A stretch of 63,865 nt of DNA, filler included, from Klebsormidium nitens (GCA_000708835.1; 8 parts of 8 records of this genome joined end to end with filler, not necessarily neighbours in it); one strand, 5' to 3'. Shown: positions 9,420-18,513, counted from the first letter of the whole stretch. The notes: generated by a model not told the origin, from the letters alone. Made by a program: numbers and translations.

Positions 9420-9482
9420 CATTTTGTCAGAAAAAGGAAATTTAGAACAAAACCCTAAACAAAACCCTAAATCCTCAAAATC

Positions 9483-9824
9483 TCAAATTTTGTGCTCGGC
9501 CGCCGCTTTAGCCGCCCGACGTTCCTGTCGCAGTCTCGCCGACCTTTCCTTAGCTCTCAGCCGTTTCTTCTCTCGGTACTCTGGGTCGTTTTGATACCGT
9601 TCGTTGCTTCGTTGATTGATCGAGTCACGCTCCTCTTTGCTCAGCTTGTGAAAGCGCTTGCGAGCAGCTGTACGAACTTTGTCTGCATATTCCGCATCCT
9701 CCTTGTATCGAGTTGAAAGTTTTACCAAGGGCTCAGGTGCATTCTCAACACCTGCTTTGATGTGTTCTGCAATCTGTGTTAAGGCGAACGCCTTGATGGT
9801 GGCAGTCAGTGCGTCGATATCCAT
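9483..9824 (-). CDS. Basic helical hypothetical protein (RYQNDPE motif)
   Basis: 113-aa ATG ORF preceded by the conserved upstream motif. Confidence 0.75.
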   Translation of the reverse strand: MDIDALTATIKAFALTQIAEHIKAGVENAPEPLVKLSTRYKEDAEYADKVRTAARKRFHKLSKEERDSINQRSNERYQNDPEYREKKRLRAKERSARLRQERRAAKAAAEHKI

Positions 9825-9851
9825 TCTTACTAATACAACAAGGTAATATTC

Positions 9852-9865
9852 CTTTAAGTAGTTTT
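9852..9865 (-). promoter_or_regulatory. Conserved PLV upstream motif AAAACTACTTAAAG
   Basis: 27 nt upstream of the ATG at 9824. Confidence 0.75.
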
Positions 9866-9890
9866 AGTTTTTGCTGCAAAATTAAATTCC

Positions 9891-10134
9891 TTAATTTGCA
9901 TTTGAAGCACTTGCCGCGGCTTTGTTGCGATGATAGCGTTCCTTTTGATAAACTCTTACCTTTTCAGCATGCTCAGGATCATTCTGATACCTTTCCCTAG
10001 CTTTTATACGCTGCTTATCAAGCAGTACCTTCTTTTTCGCAGGTGGAAGACTGTGATACCATAGCCTTTGACAGAATGAATGCAACTTTTTTCAATTCTG
10101 TGGGATTCGTTGGGACGCTAATCTCCATTTTCAT
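9891..10134 (-). pseudogene. Paralog of the 9483-9824 protein, +1 frameshift
   Basis: Removing one base from the T6 run at 10087-10092 joins MKMEISVPTNPTELKK to LHSFCQRLWYHSLPP...KARERYQNDPEH. Confidence 0.6.
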
Positions 10135-10204
10135 TCTATTGAGAAAATAATGCGGAATATACAACCCGAATTTATATATCCTCCTTGTAGTAAAGAACGA
10201 AACC

Positions 10205-11468
10205 ATGCCACGAACTAGAGGGAGCAAGAATGCAGGCAAGACAATAGACATAGATACCGAGCCAGCTGCACAGTCTGTTGCGGCGGCGGCAACCAGAAGC
10301 ACGAGAAGCAAACCTGCAGCCCCTAAACCAGCCCCTGCACCTGCTCCACCCCCACCTGCTGCAAAGCCAAAGCCAGCCAGACGTGCTGCTAAAGGTAAGG
10401 GGAAGGAGAAACATAAAACTATTACGGTCGAGGATGCGACTGAACAGGTAGAAAGAAACGCTTAATCTTGCACCCGATACAAAGCAAGACTACGTGCGCA
10501 AGGTGGAATTCATTGCGCGCTGCTTGCGGGAGAAAGATCTGCAAAAGCTAATCAACCAGCCAGACAAAGTTATCGCATACATTCGAGACAGGTACATGAA
10601 CCTAAATTCCCGCACTGGTTATGCTGTAGCATGTGTGAGTATCATCAAACATAGTACGTTGAAGGTAACGGATGATGTGCAGCAGAAATACTACGATTTT
10701 ATGATGAAATGCGCGCGCGAAGTTCAAGAAATGAACAAAGACAACGTGCACAAGGTCGATGAAGTCATGTTGAACGGTAAACGAGTTGTGTGGAAAGACA
10801 TCTTGAATCTCGAAGCAAAGATGCGCAAAGAACAATATGCATCGAAAGACCATCTAATGGTGGCGATTTTTTCCTTGCAGAGCCCACGCAGACTCAAAGA
10901 TTTTTGTAAGATGGAGGCATTTAAGAGCAAAGCAGAGTTTGATAAAACGGCTGCCCTGAATAAGATCTGGCTGGATACTCGAATGAAGTGTGCGCATATG
11001 AGTATATCTGAATTCAAAACCTTCAAAGATAAAGGAACGTACACAGCCAAAATAACTGGGGTCTTATATGAGATTATCAAAACTAGTCTAGCAGAGCACA
11101 AACGGAAGTTCTTATTTGAAACCACCAATCAAGATCCTTACACTAGCGGTACGTTCTCTAAGCTGCTAACAGATACTTTTAAACGAAATCTAAGCTGTTC
11201 TATCGGGCTGAATAGTCTTAGGCACCTAAAAATAACCAGTTTCTTGGCTCAGAATCCGTCGTTGAGAGAGCGGAAACAGCTCGCTTGGGAGATGGGGTCG
11301 AGTGTTGCTATGCAAGCTGTGTACAACCAACCAGACACCCAGGCCACTCGAGCTGCAAGAGAGGCAGAGAAGAACGCCAAGTTAGCTGAGATCAAACGAT
11401 TGCGAGAACAGATCGACGCAAACATCAAGAAAATTAGTCAGTTGAGCCAGGAGCTGGCTGATTTGTAG
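10205..11468 (+). CDS. Tyrosine recombinase/integrase, probably with an N-terminal basic Pro-rich extension (one +1 frameshift near 10450)
   Basis: Catalytic-type motifs SPRRLKDF, EFKTFKDKG, NSLRHLKIT and EMGSSVAMQAVY. The recombinase frame stays open upstream of the GTG at 10494 (KETLNLAPDTKQDY) but has no ATG of its own. Confidence 0.85.
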
Positions 11469-12210
11469 ATGGTTCTTTGTGCTTCCGTTTCATATGACGA
11501 GTTATACTTGATCTGTTCATCTCACAGTCACTCACAAAGCACTTTGTTTGCTCTTTATTTTTAGCATTCACTATGTCTTTGTTCTTTTCTCGGTATGCTT
11601 GGCTGGCTACTTTCAACTTCTCTTTATTGTCGATATACTTCTGACGTAAGATTGCCTTGTTCTTCTGCCTATAATCCTTGCAAAGTTGTTCAATCTTCTC
11701 CCTATTTTTTGTTCGATACTCCGCCATGTAATTTTTGATATGATCTTCATGTGCTTTTGCATACTCCCTTTTCTGTTCACGTGTTTCATCCTTATGCTTC
11801 TCATAATAGACTTTCTTCATAGCCTTTATCGCATGAGAGTTTTTCTGATTGTAATCCTTCATTCTTTTACTGATGTGTTCCTTGTTGGTTTTATAGTATT
11901 CCTTTTGTGTCCTGGTTGGAATGTTTCTATTCAGTTTTGACTCCAGCTTCTCAATCCAGAATCTCTCACGCGATCGAAGTTTGTCTTTTGAATTACAAGG
12001 AAATGGCTCAAGCAAAGTAATCTGAATATCCTCCCAACCAGTCTGCAGAGACAGAACAGCAGCGTACAAGGGCACAGTGGGCTTTTCGAACGAAGTTCTT
12101 ACATGCCCAGACCTCCGTTCAGCAAGAGTCTTCTGGACAGTGCTCCCCACATAATATCCAAAATCTGGGACACTTATCTTGTAGATCTTTCCGAGGCTAT
12201 AATCAGGCAT
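11434..12210 (-). CDS. GIY-YIG endonuclease (NCLDV/PLV type) with a basic repetitive tail
   Basis: YSLGKIYKISVPDFGYYVGST...ERRSGH and LLEPFPCNSKDKLRSRERFWIE; C-terminal CxxxxC...HxxxxH. Confidence 0.9.
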   Translation of the reverse strand: MPDYSLGKIYKISVPDFGYYVGSTVQKTLAERRSGHVRTSFEKPTVPLYAAVLSLQTGWEDIQITLLEPFPCNSKDKLRSRERFWIEKLESKLNRNIPTRTQKEYYKTNKEHISKRMKDYNQKNSHAIKAMKKVYYEKHKDETREQKREYAKAHEDHIKNYMAEYRTKNREKIEQLCKDYRQKNKAILRQKYIDNKEKLKVASQAYREKNKDIVNAKNKEQTKCFVSDCEMNRSSITRHMKRKHKEPSTNQPAPGSTD

Positions 12211-12240
12211 CTTGTGTTTTACTGTGTTTACATAAGTTTC

Positions 12241-12250
12241 CTTTAAGTAC
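12241..12250 (-). promoter_or_regulatory. Variant PLV upstream motif GTACTTAAAG
   Basis: 30 nt upstream of the GIY-YIG ATG; shares the TACTTAAAG core. Confidence 0.6.
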
Positions 12251-12316
12251 TAACAATTCGAACAAGCAAACAAGGTTCCTGGAATGCAACAGAGGAACTC
12301 AGAAGGCTCACCTGTC

Positions 12317-13144
12317 TTACAATCTCTGAGAGGTTGGTAGCTCAAATGTTTGCACAGGGGTAGGGCTTCTGAAGGAATAGTTGTCGCCATTCCGCTTCAG
12401 GAGGATGATTTTCTTCTTCTTCGCAGATGCCTCAAGCTTAGCCAGGTCCTCGTGTGGAATCCAGGAAGCCATTTGTGCCACATAGACATTGTCCACCAGC
12501 AGGAAAGCCAGAGCAGGATCACCGAGGGCAGCTTCAATCAGCAAACCACAGACTTCGCGAAAAGCATCGCGGAGCTCTTCTTCATCCAGCTTGGTACAGC
12601 AGAACCCAATCACCACACAATTCCGCCCCAGAAGCACAGCATCCACCTCGCTCCCCGCAACTACTCGGAGTTCGGGTTTGTTTTGTAAAGAAACTCCTCT
12701 TTGACTGAACAGCTTGAGAAGTGCTTCTGCAAACTTGTCCTCTTCTCCTTTTATGACATTTGTCCGCTCGCGCTTTACCACTTTCATCGCACTCTCGAGT
12801 TTCTGAGAATCAGACAGGTACGTCCGGCCACTGACAATGTCATCAAAATCATCGCTGTAGAGAGCTTCCTCTGATTCTGTGTCACGGAGAAAACCAATGC
12901 CCTTGTTCCGAAGGTAGTCTGACAAGGAAGCCTGGTTGCGAAACTTGACCTTTTTCTCAGTGCCTGTTTCCGGATCTGCTATCCGAACCACCTTTGATGA
13001 AGGTTTTGACGCAGTCATAGTAAGACCTCCTCTTCGTGTTAGTGCACAGTGTAGCTGAGGGAATCCTGCTAACCTTTTGTAAGAAGTGACTCCCAGAGCT
13101 AAACCCTGCAAATGACAAGCAGGTTGCACCCTTGCCTCCATCAT
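12317..13144 (-). CDS. Intronless hypothetical protein with a degenerate PD-(D/E)xK-like C-terminal half
   Basis: 275-aa ORF. GSEVDAVLLGRNCVVIGFCCTKL follows the REase strand pattern but lacks ExK. Confidence 0.5.
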   Translation of the reverse strand: MMEARVQPACHLQGLALGVTSYKRLAGFPQLHCALTRRGGLTMTASKPSSKVVRIADPETGTEKKVKFRNQASLSDYLRNKGIGFLRDTESEEALYSDDFDDIVSGRTYLSDSQKLESAMKVVKRERTNVIKGEEDKFAEALLKLFSQRGVSLQNKPELRVVAGSEVDAVLLGRNCVVIGFCCTKLDEEELRDAFREVCGLLIEAALGDPALAFLLVDNVYVAQMASWIPHEDLAKLEASAKKKKIILLKRNGDNYSFRSPTPVQTFELPTSQRL

Positions 13145-13255
13145 GCGCTGCAGTCAGTTTCCTCGTCTACCTTGAGGTCAATTGCACGTTCTCAAAAGAG
13201 ACGGTCCAGAAGATCTCTGGTCTTCTTTTTCGTCTATCCTTCTCAACCTAGGTGC

Positions 13256-13657
13256 TGTAATCAGTAGCTCTATTGCTAGCAATATTAGCTCCAATTCTAA
13301 CACGGTAAGGCGGAGAAGCACGAGGTAGATAAATCTCTAAGAGAAGAAAGGTTTAGCTCAATTGTGTAAAACACGGAATGAGCTCTACAAGTGGATAAGT
13401 CCACTATTTGTAGTGAGCTCTCAGCCTAAGGGCTGCGGCTCAGCTTACAGACTGCATTGTATGCAGTCTTACAATGTTATGCGTATTGGTGAGCTTAGTA
13501 ATCTAAGCTCACCTAGCGTCAGCCAATAGGAAGCAAGCATTCCTTTAAACAGGATATGTTACCGTTACTAGGGTTTAGCGTTGCAATCTATATATGTGCT
13601 CAGCGTTAGATCTCAAAATCTACGGCTATAATTCTATCAAAAGATCCACGTGTTACA
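13256..13657 (-). repeat. 3' LTR (402 bp, TGTAA...TTACA)
   Basis: TG/CA ends. Positions 13256-13309 are identical to 18353-18406 (54 nt). TATATAG box near 13590. Confidence 0.9.
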
Positions 13658-13660
13658 GCA

Positions 13661-13671
13661 GTCCCCCCCTT
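13661..13671 (-). other. Polypurine tract AAGGGGGGGAC
   Basis: Lies between the pol stop and the 3' LTR start. Confidence 0.85.
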
Positions 13672-16600
13672 AAGTACTGGCAATGTCCTCATTGCCGGGT
13701 TCTAAATTAACCAAGTGTGCGTCTACCCACTGTGCCTCGTGAAAGGGCTGGTCACGGTAGGTAACTAGGTACTGAGTACGCTGTCGGGTACCGCGTCCGA
13801 CGGTGCGCTGATCTACGACGGCTTCCATGGGGTGTTGTGGCCGTTCGGCGGTGAGTACCGGAGGGGGTGGTGGAGGGTCCCGGTCTGTGAACCGGTCGGG
13901 GTCGTTAGGATTACAGGGCTTGAGCTGGGATACGTGGAAGACCGGATGGATTGTCATGTGGGCGGGGAGGTCTAACCGGTAGGCTACGTCGGATATGACC
14001 TGCTGAATGGTGAACGGGCCGGTATATTTGGGGGCTAGTTTTCGGACCTGAGAGCGGGTGGGGAGCGACAAGTGGGCGGTGGAGAGGTATACTTGGTCGC
14101 CGGGTTGGAAGATAAGGGGGCGGCGGCGGGTGTCGGCGTATTGTTTTTGGCGGTTTTGGGCGAGTGCGAGGAGGGTTTTGGCATCTTGGATGCCCGTGGC
14201 TATGTTGTGGAGGAATTGATCGGTGGCGGGGGTATCGGAGGACGGGGGTTTGAGGAGGGTGCCAGGTGTGAGAGGGTGGCGACCAGTGTTTAGGTAGAAT
14301 GGGGAGTGACCGGTGGAAAGTTGGACCGAGTTGTTATAGGCGAACTCGACGGCGGTGAGGTGTAAGTCCCAGTCGGTGTGGCGGGCGTTGACATAGGGCC
14401 GCCGAGAGCTTCTTCGACCACCCGGTTGACGCGCTCGGTCTGACCGTCCGTCTCGGGGTGGAACGCGGTGGAGAAGGAGAGCTTGGTACCGAGGAGCCTG
14501 AAAAGGGTGCGCCAAAAGTTAGATGTGAACCGTGGATCGCGATCAGAGATAATGACTCGAGACAGCCCCTTATGTCGGAAGACATTGTCGAAATATACTC
14601 TGGCGATAGCAGGCGCAGTGGTATCGTCAGAGATAGGTGCAATTTTAATTTCCTTCGATAATCTGTCGACAAAGACTGCAATGCTGGAATTTCCACGTGA
14701 TGTTTTGGGCAAGCCCACGATTAGGTCCATAGTGATTTGTTCCCACCGCCCCGGGGGATAGGAATGGGCTGCAAAAGACCCCCGGGGCGGCGGTTAGTAG
14801 GTTTGTTTCGCTGGCATGCATCGCATGAGCGAATGTAACGCCGGACATCCGCTTGGAGGTCCGGCCAGTAGAAGGTGCGGGCTGTGAGTTCCTCCGTCTT
14901 GTCCATTCCTAGATGGGCAGAGACGTTACAATCGTGGCTAGTACGTAGTACCCGAGTACGCAGTTCGGGTACCGGTGGTATCATTGTACAACCGGTCAGA
15001 GTTGTACAGCAAGCCTGCGTCCAGGGAGAAGTCGCCGAAAGCAGTGTCAGCTAACAGCATGCGGGAGATAACCATCTGCGCATAAGGGTCAGTAGAGGTG
15101 GCAGTGCGCACAGCGGTTAGGAAGGTATGGTCAGGGATCAAACTTGACACGGAGGCGAGTACCGGTTGGTCTACCGGTGGTTCGACCTTATGGTCCGGGC
15201 GTCGCGAAAGCGCGTCCGGTACTGTGTTCAAGCGCCCTTCCCTGTACGTGAGGTTTAGGATAAACTGAGCCAATTGCTCCTCCCACCGGTGATGGCGGGA
15301 GCGCATAAACTCAAGCTTGAGCGGGTATAGTAGTGGCCGGTGATCGGTACGGACGGTCACCGGCCGGCCTAGTAGGTAGTGACGCCACTTGTGGGTTGCA
15401 TGCACCAGCGCCAGTTGCTCCCGGTCGCGTGCGGAGTAGTTCCGCTCGGCGCGATTGAGTCGCTTGGACTCAAACGCGATCGGGTGCAAATCGGTACCGG
15501 TACCTTGCAAAAGTACGCCGCCCACCCGTGGCAAAGTCAGAGGCGTCAAGATCGAGAGTGCATGGCAGTGTAGTGTCAAAAGGGCGTAAGATAGGTGCAT
15601 GGGTTAGTGCGAATTTGAGTGAGTGGAATGCGTGGTTATGCCTATCGGTCCACTCGAATTTTGCACCCTTCACCAGCAGATCAGTCAGAGGGGCTGCAAT
15701 ACGCGAGAAATCCCGAATAAAGCGACGATAAAACCCCGCAAGTCCAAGGAAAGAGCGTATGTCGCCAGGATCCTGGGGTTGAGGCCATGCGGTTACCGCT
15801 GCAACCTTGCATGCCTCCATTGACACCCCCTCAGAATTGATGACGTGGCCGAGGAAGGTAACCTCGGTACGCCACAATTCACACTTGGACTCCTTGGCAA
15901 ACAATGTGTGCTCGCGCAGACGTGTGAAGCCTTCCCGGAGGAGCCGCTCGTGCTCTTCTGCAGAATCGGAGTAAATTAGTATGTCGTCAAGGAAAATGAC
16001 GACGCCCCGATCAAGCAAATCCCGGAAAACCTTGTGCATTAAATCCATAAAGCAGGCAGGTGCGTTAGTCAAGCCGAAGGGTAGAACAAGCCACTCGAAA
16101 TGCCCATATCGAGTCCGAAATGCCGTCTTCGATACGTCAGCAGAATCAATCGGAATTTGCCAATAGCCCGAGCGAAGGTCGATTTTCGAGAAGAATTTAG
16201 CACCGTGTAGCTGGTCGATTAGGTCATCGGCCCGGGGGAGAGGATATGCATTTTTAACAGTTTGTTTATTAAGCCCCCGGTAGTCTATACAGAAGCGCAA
16301 GCCCGCGTCCTTCTTGGGGGCGAAGAGGACGGGGGCCCCCCACGGAGAGTTGCTCGGGCGGATGAACCCCTTGGCAAGGAGGTCATCCAGAGTCTTGCGC
16401 AACTCCTCAAGCTCCGCGGGGGACAGCCGGTAGATAGGTCGGTTTACAGGGGTGGCGCCCGGGGTAGTGTCTCGATTTTGAAGGGCATGCCACGGTCGGG
16501 GGGTAGGTTGCCCGGTAGGTCCTGAGGAAAAATGTCAGGAAATTCAGCTTTGAGTTTTTCACAGCGTTCGTACTCAGGCGCGCGGTTTTGAGCCGCATCC

Positions 16601-17210
16601 GGTGTAACGTTCGGAACAACCTGGTACACGGGGTGATTTTCTTTAAGAGTTTATTAATCTGGACGGAGTTAAGCAGTCGGTCAGATCCAAATTCCTTGCG
16701 CAAGGCGCGCTTAGAAGGTTTCCCGGCCTCAAGCGTTACAACCCGTCCAGCGTGAGCAAAGGTGACAGTGCGGCGCAACCAATCGACGTTCTTGTTACCC
16801 GACTCTAGCCACGGCAAACCCAAAATGACATCGTAAGTGATGTCCGTAACGACGAAATGTAGGTCCTCGGAGTACTCAGTACCGACCGAAAGGGGCACGG
16901 CATGAGTAGTCCATTTGACCGGTTGCTGTGAACCGTCGGCTAGAGTTACAGGCTCCAAGGAAACATCGCTGCGCAAACCAAGATTCAAGCGACGAGCAAA
17001 CCCGGTAGACATAACAAGGTCAGAGCAACCCGAATCAATCAAGACTCTGCATGCAACACCCTTAACCACACCACGCAAAAACATTAACCGGCTTGACTTC
17101 GGGCCACTTGGGCCCGGAGCGGCCTTGCGGTTCCTGGGGAGGGGACCGCGGTCCCCTTCAGAGTTGCCACCAGTGGACGTCCCGGGACCGTCTACTGGGG
17201 CGTGAAGTTT
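13670..17210 (-). pseudogene. pol: pol: protease, RT, RNase H, integrase, chromodomain; about 6 frameshifts
   Basis: LIDSG protease; RT motifs [15 protein letters not shown] and FLDDILIY; RNase H LDASD, AFESKRL and TDHRPL; IN HxxxxH/CDAC, MDLIVGLP, FVDRLSK and HPETDGQTERVN; KYTGPF; chromo-like EAVVDQR...YLVTY...AQW. The pieces lie in ORFs 16407-17084, 16444-16629, 15470-16402, 14938-15600, 14721-14984, 14290-14730 and 13670-14515. Confidence 0.93.
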
Positions 17211-17213
17211 TCC
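17170..17213 (-). promoter_or_regulatory. Programmed -1 ribosomal frameshift signal (G_GAA_AAC plus downstream stem-loop)
   Basis: Heptamer at 17207-17213, 8-nt spacer, then stem CCAGT-A-GACG/CGTC-C-ACTGG at 17170-17198. The -1 frame is open into the protease. Confidence 0.75.
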
Positions 17214-18229
17214 GGAAGCCTAGGCTCAGGGCCGAAGTCGATCAGGTCCGGGTGCTCGGTGGGTGTTGCCGAGCGCTCGGCTTGATTGACCCGGGGGTTC
17301 TGCGCAGGGGAGGAGGTACCAAGAGGGCAGTTAGTCGCAATGTGACCAGTCTGGCGACACCTGAAACAACCACCAATCTTCCGTAACCGATCCCTCTCGG
17401 CATCGGTTAGCGGGAGCAGCCTACGTCTCAATGCATCGATCTCCATAGGAACAGGGTCAGCGACAGGGTTAGAAGCAGGACGAGAGAGGATAGGGACCGG
17501 GGTGTAGGTGGTTGATCGCCCTTTTGGCTGGCGATCCAACCCAAACCCGGGGGAGAAGAGGGAGTCCATGCGGTCCGCCAGCTTGACCGCGTCCTCAAAG
17601 GTGGCCGGTTCGCGCATGGTAACTTCCATGCGCGTGCGCGGCTTGAGCCCTCGGACGAAGCGGTCGAGCAGCTCGTCGTCTTGGATGTTTGGTACCTGCA
17701 TGGCTAGCTCTTGAAGTTTTTGAGCGTATGAGCGCACACTCCCATCTTGCTTGAGATTAGCCATTTTATCTCGTGCATGGCGAGTGGCATTCACAGCCCG
17801 GAAGCGAGAGAGAAGCTCGTCGTGGAAGTACGACCAGTCGTACAGAATGTCATGCTCGGGGGTACCCTCAAGGCGAGTACACATGTACCGCCACCATGTC
17901 TTAGCACCCCCCTCAAGCAAACCCGCAGCATGCAAGACCTTCCTATCGTCAGGAACATGCATGCCCAAGAAGTACTGCTCGCAATCGAATAAGAAGTTCT
18001 CCACTGCCCCCGCAGTGGACGAACCATTATAGGATTTGGGTTGGGGAAGCTTAAGCTTCCCCGTTACCTCTGAGCTTGCAGCCTGTGCGGGTGCTGCCTG
18101 AGCTGCCGGGGGGGTCGCTTGCAGTGTCGCCAGGCGCTGCACCTCGCCTTGCAGCCCTGTCACCAGTCCCACCAGCTGAGTGATGGCTGCTTGCATGGTC
18201 GCCGGATCAGGATCAAACTGATCCCCCAT
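17192..18229 (-). CDS. gag: Retrotransposon Gag with a CCHC zinc knuckle
   Basis: KLPQPKSYNG, LEGGAKTWW, LKQDGSVRSY, RFVRGLK, PVPMEID and CFRCRQTGHIATNC. Confidence 0.95.
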   Translation of the reverse strand: MGDQFDPDPATMQAAITQLVGLVTGLQGEVQRLATLQATPPAAQAAPAQAASSEVTGKLKLPQPKSYNGSSTAGAVENFLFDCEQYFLGMHVPDDRKVLHAAGLLEGGAKTWWRYMCTRLEGTPEHDILYDWSYFHDELLSRFRAVNATRHARDKMANLKQDGSVRSYAQKLQELAMQVPNIQDDELLDRFVRGLKPRTRMEVTMREPATFEDAVKLADRMDSLFSPGFGLDRQPKGRSTTYTPVPILSRPASNPVADPVPMEIDALRRRLLPLTDAERDRLRKIGGCFRCRQTGHIATNCPLGTSSPAQNPRVNQAERSATPTEHPDLIDFGPEPRLPENFTPQ

Positions 18230-18352
18230 GTCTTGAAGTGCCCTTCAGCTCACTGTGAACGGAGGTAGAGAGAAAGAGGAGCTAGAGATCAAGGTGTGGC
18301 CTTGATTGACGGGGAGAGAAAGGGAGAAGGATCTTGTTCCTTGCAATACCAA

Positions 18353-18407
18353 TGTAATCAGTAGCTCTATTGCTAGCAATATTAGCTCCAATTCTAACAC
18401 GGTAAGA
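18353..18407 (-). repeat. 5' LTR, visible 3' end only
   Basis: 54 nt identical to the other LTR, then an N gap. Confidence 0.9.
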
Positions 18408-18451
18408 NNNNNNNNNNNNNNNNNNNNNNNNNNNNNNNNNNNNNNNNNNNN

Positions 18452-18463
18452 TTAATTAATTAA
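18452..18463. other. Artificial assembly linker TTAATTAATTAA between N runs (also at 26962, 31125, 33878, 52066, 58321, 61381)
   Basis: Identical 12-mer with stops in all six frames, always embedded in N runs. Confidence 0.97.
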
Positions 18464-18513
18464 NNNNNNNNNNNNNNNNNNNNNNNNNNNNNNNNNNNNN
18501 NNNNNNNGCGATG

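Larger units (their letters stand above)
271..12250. mobile_element. Endogenous Polinton-like virus (PLV), tyrosine-recombinase type, left end truncated
   Basis: Compact intronless cluster with short AT-rich spacers: MCP, A32-like ATPase, minor capsid, D5 primase-helicase, tyrosine recombinase and GIY-YIG. No TIR or pPolB seen. Both boundaries are approximate. Confidence 0.9.
13256..18407 (-). mobile_element. Ty3/gypsy chromovirus LTR retrotransposon
   Basis: LTR-gag-PR-RT-RH-IN-chromodomain-PPT-LTR in gypsy order. The 5' LTR runs into an assembly gap. Confidence 0.95.

Noticed and set aside
12250-12316. Terminal inverted repeat or att site of the PLV
   Set aside because: No matching sequence was found at the left junction or elsewhere in the window by eye.
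13251-13255. GGTGC as the target-site duplication of the LTR element
   Set aside because: The other end is in a gap, so the TSD cannot be verified.
18408-18507. TTAATTAATTAA palindrome recurring seven times, and ORFs ending in XXXLIN
   Set aside because: It is always embedded in N runs, so it is an artificial contig linker. ORFs that cross N runs are artefacts, and gene neighbourhoods across linkers are unproven.
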